DNA from: Hydrurus foetidus
Taxonomy: Eukaryota
Reading direction: 5' to 3'
Length of the DNA stretch: 34,846 bases
Assembly (NCBI GenBank): GCA_900617105.1
Contig: UYFQ01000052.1
Location: 1-34,846 of the forward strand
The first letter of the stretch is position 1. Every line of letters starts with the position of its first letter. The notes beneath the pieces were generated by a model. It made no database searches. It had not been told where the DNA came from and saw only the letters and a program-made list of their open reading frames with translations. The translations under genes and the position numbers were made by a program. Shown in pieces: positions 24,147 to 34,381 of this stretch.

Positions 24147-25694
24147 ATGGCAAGCTCAGTAATTTTGGACGAAGAATCGTTCCTTCAGCCCGCAGGCATC
24201 TACGAGAAGACTCTCGAAGACCTATTCCATTGTGAAATATTTTTTCTTGGTCGTGAATCCGTCCACGTGACATTCTACGTCAAATTTATGGCAGACGATG
24301 CGTCCTGCATTGCTTTGCAGAGACTTTTATTCGAGCTTTTGCTTCTTTACTTCGAGTCATACCTCAAGAATGTGTCAGCAACGGCAGGCGATATAGAAAA
24401 AAGAACGAAATCAGGGAAAGTTATGGTAGTCAACTTTGAAAATGATCGCAATGATGCACGTGAGATCTACAGGAAAAAGTTTATCTCTTTATCGGTCGTT
24501 CGAATTCTTTTCGATGAGCCTCAAAATGAAGAGCTCAATAGGAGCACATCGGAGCAAAGCAATTTGCTTTTCTGCTATTTGGAAGATTTCTTGTATCAAA
24601 ACTTTTGGAAATGGTACCATAACAAAATAGGATTAGATGTTAACAACTATATTACTGAAAGATCAACGGATTCTACTTATGATTATTCAGAAACAATGCT
24701 TCACAAAATATATGATATCACTGGCTATCTATGTGGTCATCGGATATTTAATCTTATTCATTTGAATAGATTACGTGCTGAGTTCAAAGAAATATTTCAA
24801 AATTATTATGATAATTCACGACATGCTAACGGTACAACTGCCTTAAGTCATAATCTTCCGGCTCAGTGTCTATTATTCCGTGAACACTCCGAGGGATTGT
24901 ACTATGCCAAAAAGGAGAACTTTATCTTCATTAAAATCGTTCAAGCTATATGGATGCAGTCCTTGACCACAGATGTCCTGATATTATTTAATGCATTTGA
25001 ACCTGTCAAGCTTGTTCATAAGGTAATTTTGAATTCTAAGAATGTACAGTCAGCATTTCAGCAATCTTGTTATATGTTACAGGATCTATTTACAGATGGT
25101 GTTGATCTCGCAGTAGATGATAATCCCATATCATTTTTATACCAATTCTTAATTAACGGATTTATACGTACATATGCAAAGGATATTTACCAACTAAGAC
25201 TTTCCAATTCACTTCTCAGCAAGACTGGTGCATCTGGGATAAGAACTAATTTACTTTCGTTCAGCGCCAAAGCAGCATCATCCAAATCCAAATGTGATCA
25301 CGATGTGGTAAATGAAAGAAACAAATCAAACAATGAAAATAAAAATAAAAAACAAAAAACGGATGAAAATAAAAAAGCAAATATATCTTCTTCACTAACT
25401 TGTTCTTGTGGGAAATTTTTTGTCCGAGTTTCTTGGTATGAAAAACACATCTTAAGTTGCTCTACACAGAAGTGCGCCACGTCAGATGAGAGCAGTACAG
25501 AACACGTTGTACATCAAGATCCAGTATCGTTAAACACCTTGATAGAATTGGAGGGAATTGAGGAATTGGCTGAGCACCCTAACGAAGACATTGTAGACAA
25601 ACTGCGTTGTGCAGACAAGAACATGGAGAATGAAGAGAATCAATTTGATGCCGCATTTTCATCACATTTAATCATTGATGATGCTGAGTATTAA
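24147..25694 (+). CDS. Uninterrupted 515-aa ORF of unknown function convergent with the P-like transposase; candidate transposon accessory protein with a C-terminal C2HC-like finger
   Basis: Long open frame from ATG 24147. Motifs YDITGY, EGLYYAK..F and CSCGKFFVRVSWYEKHILSC. Its stop lies 39 bp from the transposase stop. Confidence 0.7.
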   Translation: MASSVILDEESFLQPAGIYEKTLEDLFHCEIFFLGRESVHVTFYVKFMADDASCIALQRLLFELLLLYFESYLKNVSATAGDIEKRTKSGKVMVVNFENDRNDAREIYRKKFISLSVVRILFDEPQNEELNRSTSEQSNLLFCYLEDFLYQNFWKWYHNKIGLDVNNYITERSTDSTYDYSETMLHKIYDITGYLCGHRIFNLIHLNRLRAEFKEIFQNYYDNSRHANGTTALSHNLPAQCLLFREHSEGLYYAKKENFIFIKIVQAIWMQSLTTDVLILFNAFEPVKLVHKVILNSKNVQSAFQQSCYMLQDLFTDGVDLAVDDNPISFLYQFLINGFIRTYAKDIYQLRLSNSLLSKTGASGIRTNLLSFSAKAASSKSKCDHDVVNERNKSNNENKNKKQKTDENKKANISSSLTCSCGKFFVRVSWYEKHILSCSTQKCATSDESSTEHVVHQDPVSLNTLIELEGIEELAEHPNEDIVDKLRCADKNMENEENQFDAAFSSHLIIDDAEY

Positions 25695-25733
25695 AAGATC
25701 TCTTACCTAAATATTTCTTTTTGATAAAATTGT

Positions 25734-27350
25734 TTAATTCAGTAATCTCATTTTTTTTATTCCATTTACTAAACTCCAATTGAGATTGTTTAAATTGTTG
25801 TAAATATTTTTTTTGCGATCCGAGCTACTTTTTTTACATTTTAAAGCATAGTCAAGGCAATTGTCATGACTAGCATTAATATCTAAATTTTCTTTTAAAT
25901 CATCTACGGCACCTGCAGCATTTCTTTTTTTGAGCGACCGTTCACTGGCTTTCACTTCTTTCATCATGTTTACCTCACTACATGCATTAAAGGTAGTGGA
26001 ATGATCTAATCGTGCATGCCCTATGGCGACTCTAATTCTAGAAAACTCGTTTTCAACTAAGTCTTGGCTAATACGACGAGGTAGAAAAAAGAAAAAAATT
26101 CCAGTATTGTTATTAGAATTGCAGTAATAATTTGTGATTGAGATTATACCCTGAATCATTGAGAGGCAATCGTCGGATGCCTCTGCCGTAAAGAATCCTG
26201 TCATTGCCTCGTAGGCAGTGTGTTTTATGCTTAGTTCCAATTGTTTTCTTTCAATACACTCCTCTTTCCAACGTAGAAACCATTTATGAAATACAACTAA
26301 GAATTCATAATTTTGTGAGTAATTTGTTGTATTTAATCTGTTCTCAGTAGAATTTAAAATACTAAATAAATTACTAAAGTACTCGCAGACTTCGCGTCAT
26401 CCCAAATATATTTCGGCGTTTTAGAAAAATTCAAAAGGATTTAGTTTACCCATATTTTCTTCGTTATTTCTGTATTCATTGTACTGTTCTTTATACAGTA
26501 AAGCGAGATCAATCATCTCAATCATCTTTGGGCCCAACACTTTAATGCAGGGTCCTACCCTCATTGCTTGAAAGGAATTTTTAACGAAATCTATTGTTTT
26601 AAAACATTTAAATTTATTAAGACCTGAGTTGTCATTAAATGACATCCATAGTTCTAACATGACTGATAGTGAAAGCCTTCGATCTATATTGTTAACTTTT
26701 TTAAATATATTTCTGTTTTTGCTTGACAGGCTCGATACTATTTTCTTAACTACATGCGATGGGTCAGATATGTAATAAATTGGTTCAACTGTTATTGGGT
26801 GCGCCATGTGTGAATTATTATTATTTCCTTCAGTGAAGTATTTTTTTTGAAATTGGCGGTTGCATTGAGCTCCATCGCCTATTATTGCTATTACTTCAAA
26901 ATGCATCGACGCTGTCGCGATTAGAACTTCTCGCAGTCTAATGATGTCATAGAGGTATTAAAGCACTGATAGACACAGTAGTCAAGTTGACCCCCAGCAA
27001 GGCTCACCATTCTGACCTAAATTATAGTATACGGCACAATGTTAAGTACTATTACATTTATTATGAAAGTATTTAGAATCATATAAAATTTCCGTAATAG
27101 TCATGTTTATACCTGTGTTAATCCTGTAGCAGTATGACCTTTTAATTTTTTTGAAGTATTGTCAAAATATGTCATATTATTCAGTGATTGTTGTTGACTA
27201 TTATCTGACTTCATTTCATAAAAATCTTGGTAAAATTCATTTTTAATTCTATGCGTAGCAATTTCGGCTAACCCAAATACTTTCTTTCTTGTAACTGAGT
27301 ACATGATGCCGTTTGTTATCATCATTTCATCAATTAATAATGCTGTGTGT
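25734..27350 (-). pseudogene. P-element/THAP9-like transposase catalytic region, degenerate
   Basis: ALLIDEMMITNG, IAIIGDGAQCNR, ISDPSHVVKKI, QAMRV and PRRISQDLVENEFSRIR match the P-superfamily DEM / DG / D(2)H / SQD..E motifs. In-frame stops near 26400-26421. The 5' side abuts a truncated Copia ORF. Confidence 0.85.
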
Positions 27351-30300
27351 TTTGTGAACTATCTCCTCCTTACTGACAACTTTACTTATAAATTTTTCTT
27401 CATTCTGATTATATACATATACACCATTTGATATGTATCCACGAATAATCTCCACTCCTAGTTTATCTATTAATGCTAATGCTTCTCTAATAGATTCGAT
27501 TGAAAAGCATCTCATTCCTTCTGATGTAAATATCACAACATTTTGTGATCCAGATATTCCGCCATTACATAATTGGGATATTGAAATTAGTGTTTCTTTC
27601 AACCCTTCCATAAGTATAATGTCGAGACCCAATGGTCCATATAGTCCTGTCGCTTTTGATTCGATGGCGGGACCGAAAGCTGGAGTTGCTTTGATACCCT
27701 GACCATATATTATGTGACGTAAGAGCGTAGGATCAGATGTTGCACATGTTGACGCACCAGAGTCGAATATTATTTGCCCTTGCATTTTCATTGATTTAAG
27801 ATTATGATTTATTCTTAGAGATTTCAATTGTTTTTCTATTGGTTGAATATCATTACTTTCATTAATTTCATTTGATTCGTTCATATTGTCATTATCTTCA
27901 GATTCATTTAACTTTAATCTTTTTGAATCATGTTCTTTTACTAAAATTTCAAATTTCTTTTTATATCTAATTTGTCTTTCTTCCAAGTTTTCATTTTCAT
28001 TTTCATCATCATCATCACTAATGTCTTTTTCAAATTCTGTTATTGCATCTTTATATTCTACATTTTCTTCAGTTTTATTTATATTACTATCTAATTCGGG
28101 TTCTGGTTCTGGTTGATTCACATCATATCGTTTTAAGTTTCTGTATTTTCCAAGCTTCTCATAATCTACAATTCTTACACCTCCAACATATTCAATGTAT
28201 TTTGGTGTATCAATACTAAATGGAGGTGATTTATTAGATTCCATTGATATTGGACTATCAGGAATATCAACTCTATCATACGACATATCACTTGATTCAT
28301 TATCACTTTGATCTGATGTATGTATATACATTGGAGACAATTCTTCAGTTGTTCTTGTTACTACATCTACATCAAAAATCGGTGATTGAGCTCTGTCATA
28401 TAGGACTGTTATCATTGGTTTTTTGACGACGTCTTTTGACGTTTGATGTGAGTGTATTAATTCATCTAATTCATTCGTTAATGGTGATGACAATGTTCTT
28501 TTTACCAAGTCATTAATTGGTCTTACTAGTCTTGCTATTACTAAGAATGCATCTCTAATTCCAAACATAACAAACGATGGATCATTTTCTTTAAGTATAT
28601 CCATTTTTAGTGATCTTCTTAATAAGTCTTCTTTATCCAGAGTTGATTTCTCGTGGTAATATCCAACATGTTGTCCCGCAAATGCTACAAAGTCGAATAT
28701 TATTGCGTGCAAAACTGTATCAATGAATAATGTGTTACTAATTACTTCATTGAATTGTGTATATTGATCAAGACGTTTTATTACTTCCGCATATTCACTA
28801 ACACAAGTCATTTGAGACCAATAGTGTCCTGGTCTCGTTGAGGGAATGTATTTTTCCGTCACCCCGTCAATACAGTATGGATTGAATTTCATGAAGTGAT
28901 GAGGTCCGGCTCTTTCATCAGCAGGAGGTAAAACTATACATGCTTGTAATAGTGTGGCTCCAATCTGATACATCAGGTGCATCCATTTAACTGTTGGAGT
29001 TCTTATATCCTTTCTACGTGTAGTAGATGGATTTTTATGCCACCCAAAGAGATCAGTATACTGATTTGATCTTTCTTGATTATCTTTAATCGTTCTTTTG
29101 TTTTTGAATAAGAAAATGTACGGAACAATTGTTGTTGCAGGATCATTTCTATTATATTCCATTACATATAAATGAAACAAATAGTATTGTTCAGCTAACA
29201 ATATTGCGGCATTTATTGCCCTTTGGGGAATAGAACATGCAGAATAATTATTTTGTACATTCTGGAGTAGAGATCTTTGATGACTTTTCATTTCATTTTG
29301 ATTCATTTTTCCATTGTAAATTTTATTTTTATATTCTTGATTCTGCCTATCAGTTTTTATTATTCTTTGATCATTTGGTGTTATTCGCACTCGCATTAAG
29401 GTATTGTGTTTTTCTTCATTGGACTGATAAGGTGGTGCAGAAGGGTTACCCCAACTTGAGAATGCACGCACCTGATGTTCAGTTTCAGTATCTTGAGATC
29501 TCATCCAATTTAATCTTTTAATTTGCGCTTTTGAGTATCCACCCCGTACATTCGGATCACCAACCTTCGGTCCTACTGAGTCAATTTGTGCCTGACTTAA
29601 ATCAAATTGTACTGACTTTTTATAAGGAATTGTATTTTGTTGGGGTTGTTGAATTTTATTTTCATTGTCTGGATTCATTTCATGCTTGTATTTGCATGTT
29701 GGTCTGTTACAAGTTCCTTTTTGAAATCCAAAATAATAACCACCATTCTTAACCGGTCTTTTGCTTTCTCCAGTATTGTCAGGTAAGGATCTAGCATCTT
29801 GAATTTTATTCTTGTTATTAATATCATAATTATAAGCTGGATTATATTGTTGTTGTTTACCCGGATTTTGCGGCGGATTTGACAAGGATTGATATTGATT
29901 TAATTTCGCTTGAGACTGATTTTGAATTGTATTTTGATATAGAGAATATTCAGAACTACTTGACGTTTCAGGAAAAGATGTTACACTCGCCATGCGAATG
30001 ACCGCTGTTTCAGGCGGCATTGCATCTGCGACTCTCAACATAATTCCCATCGACTCATTATAGCTTGTGTTATTCACGACACATGCAGCAAATGATGAAG
30101 CGATCTTAGGTCTTGGGTCAGAATCTAACCGATCTGATACCCAAGCCATTTTCTCGACGTCAGTCATCATTCTACTCTGTGCGTGTTCTAGATTAGAGAA
30201 TAATTGTTCCCATTTAGAGTATTCTAATCTAAAATGAACACTTGGATTTATCTGGTACGTGTCTAACGCTCTTCTTGCGAATTTCACGTCCTGTTGCTTT

Positions 30301-31364
30301 TGACCGAAGATGTAATTGATCATTTCTCGATAAGATGCAATACCGTTTCGTAACTTTTGATTTATTATTGAAATATTATGATGCAAAGTTTTTGAAAACA
30401 TAATGTAAACTAGAGAAAATAGTCTATCATTATCATGAATATAGTGGAATGCATCATCTTCTTCGAGAACTACTCTTTCGATAATTGGCTCCGATGATTG
30501 TGAGTCAATTGATTTCTCATCTTCATATTCAACTCTAGGAACTAGTATAATTTTTCTATTTGAGAACCCATGAATATTTTCGTCTGTCATTATTGGCTCG
30601 GTACGATGACCTTCAATAAGGGTAAGTAGCCCCGTTGTTGATAATACCGAATGTATCATTCGCAGACGGTGAAATTTATCTGGCGTATTGATGTAAATGA
30701 TATATTTTGAGATTTCTGATATTAACACTGTTGAATTTCGTTGGTAATGTATTCGTTTGACCATCTTTTCACATGGTTTCTTCTTTGAATATTCAATATT
30801 TTGTTCCTCGTCACTACTGCTACTATCCTTATCCCAAAATTCTGATTGCTTTGGCGTCGATCCGATTTTGTTATTGTTGTTATTATTAGAGTCCTTTCGA
30901 CCCTTCATTGTCGTTATTGAAGACTCGCTCGAAAAATTTTTGCGAGGGTTTCCCCCGTTATTCAATCTACTAGAAATTTTGCTACTGCTAAAGGACGATT
31001 CATCATCGGACGGCATAGGACTTGACGGACGGAGGTTTGTAAGAATCGCTCTAGTCTCAGTGTTCCTAGACGAGGGTTGATCGCCTAACGGCAGATCCAC
31101 CCTTGGCGCGATGTCGATCAACCCTAGCGGGTTATCTATAATCGGGCTCTCATCTCTTAACAACTGGATTTGAGCGATCCTTCTATCTAAAGCTGCCCGG
31201 AATTGAGGGCTTTCCTCATCGATTACAACACCGATGGGAGGCTCCTCAATTCCTAATGCAGGAGTCAGAGGGAGAGTAGGTATATTAGTTTCAGGAGGAG
31301 GCTGCGGTGGCTCTTCGTCATCTTCAGACGTAAATGGCCCCGGGCCTTTCCTTCCTTTGACCAT
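27330..31364 (-). CDS. Copia-type Gag + unknown domain + aspartic protease, truncated before integrase
   Basis: NGIASYREMINY (Copia gag-like), FQKGTCNRPTCKYKH finger, IIFDSGAS protease, then TLISISQL..G..VIF and NGVYVY as in Copia PR/pre-integrase regions. The ORF ends inside P-transposase sequence. Confidence 0.8.
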   Translation of the reverse strand: MVKGRKGPGPFTSEDDEEPPQPPPETNIPTLPLTPALGIEEPPIGVVIDEESPQFRAALDRRIAQIQLLRDESPIIDNPLGLIDIAPRVDLPLGDQPSSRNTETRAILTNLRPSSPMPSDDESSFSSSKISSRLNNGGNPRKNFSSESSITTMKGRKDSNNNNNNKIGSTPKQSEFWDKDSSSSDEEQNIEYSKKKPCEKMVKRIHYQRNSTVLISEISKYIIYINTPDKFHRLRMIHSVLSTTGLLTLIEGHRTEPIMTDENIHGFSNRKIILVPRVEYEDEKSIDSQSSEPIIERVVLEEDDAFHYIHDNDRLFSLVYIMFSKTLHHNISIINQKLRNGIASYREMINYIFGQKQQDVKFARRALDTYQINPSVHFRLEYSKWEQLFSNLEHAQSRMMTDVEKMAWVSDRLDSDPRPKIASSFAACVVNNTSYNESMGIMLRVADAMPPETAVIRMASVTSFPETSSSSEYSLYQNTIQNQSQAKLNQYQSLSNPPQNPGKQQQYNPAYNYDINNKNKIQDARSLPDNTGESKRPVKNGGYYFGFQKGTCNRPTCKYKHEMNPDNENKIQQPQQNTIPYKKSVQFDLSQAQIDSVGPKVGDPNVRGGYSKAQIKRLNWMRSQDTETEHQVRAFSSWGNPSAPPYQSNEEKHNTLMRVRITPNDQRIIKTDRQNQEYKNKIYNGKMNQNEMKSHQRSLLQNVQNNYSACSIPQRAINAAILLAEQYYLFHLYVMEYNRNDPATTIVPYIFLFKNKRTIKDNQERSNQYTDLFGWHKNPSTTRRKDIRTPTVKWMHLMYQIGATLLQACIVLPPADERAGPHHFMKFNPYCIDGVTEKYIPSTRPGHYWSQMTCVSEYAEVIKRLDQYTQFNEVISNTLFIDTVLHAIIFDFVAFAGQHVGYYHEKSTLDKEDLLRRSLKMDILKENDPSFVMFGIRDAFLVIARLVRPINDLVKRTLSSPLTNELDELIHSHQTSKDVVKKPMITVLYDRAQSPIFDVDVVTRTTEELSPMYIHTSDQSDNESSDMSYDRVDIPDSPISMESNKSPPFSIDTPKYIEYVGGVRIVDYEKLGKYRNLKRYDVNQPEPEPELDSNINKTEENVEYKDAITEFEKDISDDDDENENENLEERQIRYKKKFEILVKEHDSKRLKLNESEDNDNMNESNEINESNDIQPIEKQLKSLRINHNLKSMKMQGQIIFDSGASTCATSDPTLLRHIIYGQGIKATPAFGPAIESKATGLYGPLGLDIILMEGLKETLISISQLCNGGISGSQNVVIFTSEGMRCFSIESIREALALIDKLGVEIIRGYISNGVYVYNQNEEKFISKVVSKEEIVHKTHSIIN

Positions 31365-31840
31365 GATTCTCTTGGACGGAGGCTCTCTAAAATTATCTTT
31401 GAAGTCTTGAAAACTTCAATCGCTACCATGTGAGTTGCCACGGGATGGCACGAAGTCGGGAGGACATATCGTGGATGGCCAAATGAAGATGGGAAGGTTT
31501 GGTTAGTAAATTCGATTTAAGAATTAGAAACTGGCACGGAGGCCACAAAGCATAAAATCATGTTGCACATCATAGCTACCTGCCGTACAATAATAAGATC
31601 TCAATCGTCATGCGCATGCAATTTGACTGGCTCTCGTAGATTTACATCTACGTTGTTGTATAGGCGAGATAGTAGCTACTCAACTGTAAATATGACGTTT
31701 GTACTAAAAGCTAGACTTTTGGTACCAAGTATCGGATAAATACTATACAGCTGTGGTTATTATGGTGTAACAATGGCAATATACGTGATACGAATTGGCA
31801 TTGAGGAAGCGACTTGGTGCACATTGCACACTAATAACAA
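27370..31840 (-). mobile_element. 3'-truncated Ty1/Copia element (5' LTR + PBS + gag-PR)
   Basis: On the minus strand the LTR ends ..CTCACA at 31429, followed directly by PBS TGGTAGCGATTG (31428-31417) and ATG 31364. The outer LTR edge (~31830-31846) is uncertain because no second LTR remains. Confidence 0.72.
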
Positions 31841-31887
31841 TCTACAAAATGTGTTTACTTATGATATCCTATCATGCTAATTGTTGA

Positions 31888-33632
31888 TTACACAAATGGT
31901 AATATACAGCTATAACTAGCACTTATCGCTGTTATATACCGACAGCTCCTCCAAAACGCTTTACACGTCTTGCACATTCCTACTTTACAACGAAGTTCAT
32001 TATTTCTAACATAGCATTCCCATGATTGCATTGAATAGTCCATTAGTCTATTGTTTGCCTTAAACAGAAATGCTGACGGAACAAATAGATTGCTGCAATT
32101 TTCTGAAGAAATTCTTTTTCTTTGTGAAGGCAAAATAAAACCAAGAAAAGTTTTATTTTTAATAGTTGTTGTTTCGTTTTCTACAAAGTCGCATAATTGA
32201 GGACAGTAATTACTATTTCGGTTTACGTCGTTAAGCAATTTATTGAGGTTATTTTGACATTCCTCGAAGTGACATATTTTTAAAGGGTGCAACAAAACTC
32301 CGGGACAGTAATGAACCTAGAAATAAAAGAAAATATGAGTGTAAAAGACTTATTGCAGTAGATGTAAGCTACGAGAAACACATTAAGAAGTGCACACCCA
32401 TCACTGATACTCTGATACAATGCACTTCATATACATATCTCGTACCTCATTTGAACTTGAGTCATGGTGTGGGGTGCTTGGTACCCCCGGGGTCACCCCA
32501 AAGTAGGGGGCAGAACGTACGTGTACCTACAGTATAATGCAGTAGATGTAAGCTACGAGAAACACATTAAGAAGTGCACACCCATCACTGATACTCTGAT
32601 ACAATGCACTTCATATACATATCTCGTACCTCATTTGAACTTGAGTCATGGTGTGGGGTGCTTGGTACCCCAGGGGTCACCCCAAAGTAGGGGCAGAACG
32701 TACGTGTACCTACAGTATAATGCAGTAGATGTAAGCTACGAGAAACACATTAAGAAGTGCACACCCATCATTGATACTCTGATACAATGCACTTCATATA
32801 CATATCTCGTACCTCATTTGAACTTGAGTCATGGTGTGGGGTGCTTGGTACCCCCGGGGTCACCCCAAAGTAGGGGGCAGAACGTACGTGTACCTACAGT
32901 ATAATGCAGTAGATGTAAGCTACGAGAAACACATTAAGAAGTGCACATCCATCACTGATACTCTGATACAATGCACTTCATATACATATCTCGTACCTCA
33001 TTTGAACTTGAGTCATGGTGTGGGGTGCTTGGTACCCCCGGGGTCACCCCAAAGTAGGGGGCAGAACGTACGTGTACCTACAGTATAATGCAGTAGATTT
33101 AAGTTAGTGCAGACACTTTGAATACTTAGTTCATTACTTTGATTCACTAATTGCTATCAATTAATACCATTTTCGTGATAAATGGGTCATTCGTTTTTAC
33201 CGGTAGCAGTTTTTTTCTCGGCCTGGTGTTCAGGTCCAAGTCAGCGTTGCTGAACTCGTTGAGTTCGAATGACTCGCCGCAGCGATACGAAACCAAGATA
33301 TCGTTGCTTCTTGTGAACGATATTCCATGGGAAGAGAAAACGTTGCATATCGAACTCTTTCTACAGAGGCGACAAATGAGGGAAATTATTGTTTCCTTTG
33401 ACACACCATATCCAGATACGTTGATGACGCTCACTAACGTTCTCTCCCCAGGATTTAACGATGACAATGGTTGCTTTTGCATCTCATTCAAGAACAAATT
33501 GTCCAAAGACTTTTTGAAGATAGATAAGGCTTCATAACCTGTGATTTCGTTGGATCTGGGATGGAAAAAAAAACGAAGGTTAGAAAACTGTCGTTTCTCG
33601 AGGGCATCTGCAGAAAATTTACCAATCGACAT
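31888..33632 (-). CDS. Two spliced Cys-rich exons (33632-33168; 32316-~31890), probably the N-terminus of the P-like transposase gene
   Basis: Donor ATG|GTATTA and acceptor TTTTATTTCTAG|GTT join the two listed ORFs in frame (..TKM|VHYCPGVLLHP..). CxxC pairs are present. They are on the same strand as, and upstream of, the catalytic fragments. The link to the transposase is inferred. Confidence 0.55.
32354..33098. repeat. Tandem array of four ~184-bp units plus a 10-bp terminal remnant
   Basis: Units start with TGCAGTAGAT at 32354, 32538, 32721, 32905 and 33089 (partial). They are near-identical. Confidence 0.97.
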
Positions 33633-33883
33633 GTAAAAAGTAATAAAATCTACTGCTTGAAGCGCTGCAGATGCCCTTCGTAGGCTGATTTAAAATCATG
33701 TTGGCATCTGAGATCTGATAATAAAGCCAGAGAATCATACCATGGTCGGCATTCTGTATGCACTCAATGTACTATCCCGTTATGGTAACAACCCAGGTCC
33801 CAGACATATTAAATTCCTCTGTCAGACCACTTGATTCTATCAAGATATGTCTGTAGTAATATAGTTGCAAATATAGTTTCAAA

Positions 33884-34381
33884 TATATACATGTACGTTA
33901 TGCGATACGTACAAACGTAAGTACACATGCAGATATGATAACACGCACACGTACGCACGTACTTACACATGTTAGTGCATACTCATTTATGCATACGTAC
34001 ACACATGTACTTACGCATGTACGTACATAGTCAATATGTACGTACGTACGTACGCACGCATATAGCATAGCGTACACTTGTATGGTCACGTACACACGTA
34101 CATACGTACGTGCACATGTTAGCACAAATTATTATATGCATACGTACACACACGTACTTACACATGTATGTACATATATAATATGTACGTATGTACGATC
34201 GCCAATAGCGTAGTACATAGATGTATAGGCGTACATACGTAAGTACCACTGTACTTACGCATGTACGTTCTTATACATACACATGCATACGTACTCCTAT
34301 AATATCGCCATATAGCAGTTAGTACTCACGCATGTACGTTCATATACATATACAAGCATACGTACCCCTGTACTATCGCCA
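33884..34381. repeat. Low-complexity alternating purine/pyrimidine tract (TACG/TACA/CATG), including a ~71-bp-period duplication at 34251-34381
   Basis: Dense GTAC/ACGT/ACAC repeats. GTACT(T/C)ACGCATGTACGTTC...TATCGCCA occurs twice. Confidence 0.9.

Noticed and set aside
32354..33098. CRISPR array or protein-coding repeat (ORFs 32464-32904, 32831-33088)
   Set aside because: Whole units are near-identical with no unique spacers, there are no cas genes, the context is eukaryotic, and the 184-bp unit is not a multiple of 3.
33151..33537. 128-aa plus-strand ORF
   Set aside because: It is antisense to the minus-strand exon that has in-frame splice support, and it starts at a non-ATG codon.
33898..34249. 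ORFs rich in Y/V/C/T/R
   Set aside because: They are artefacts of the alternating purine/pyrimidine low-complexity tract.
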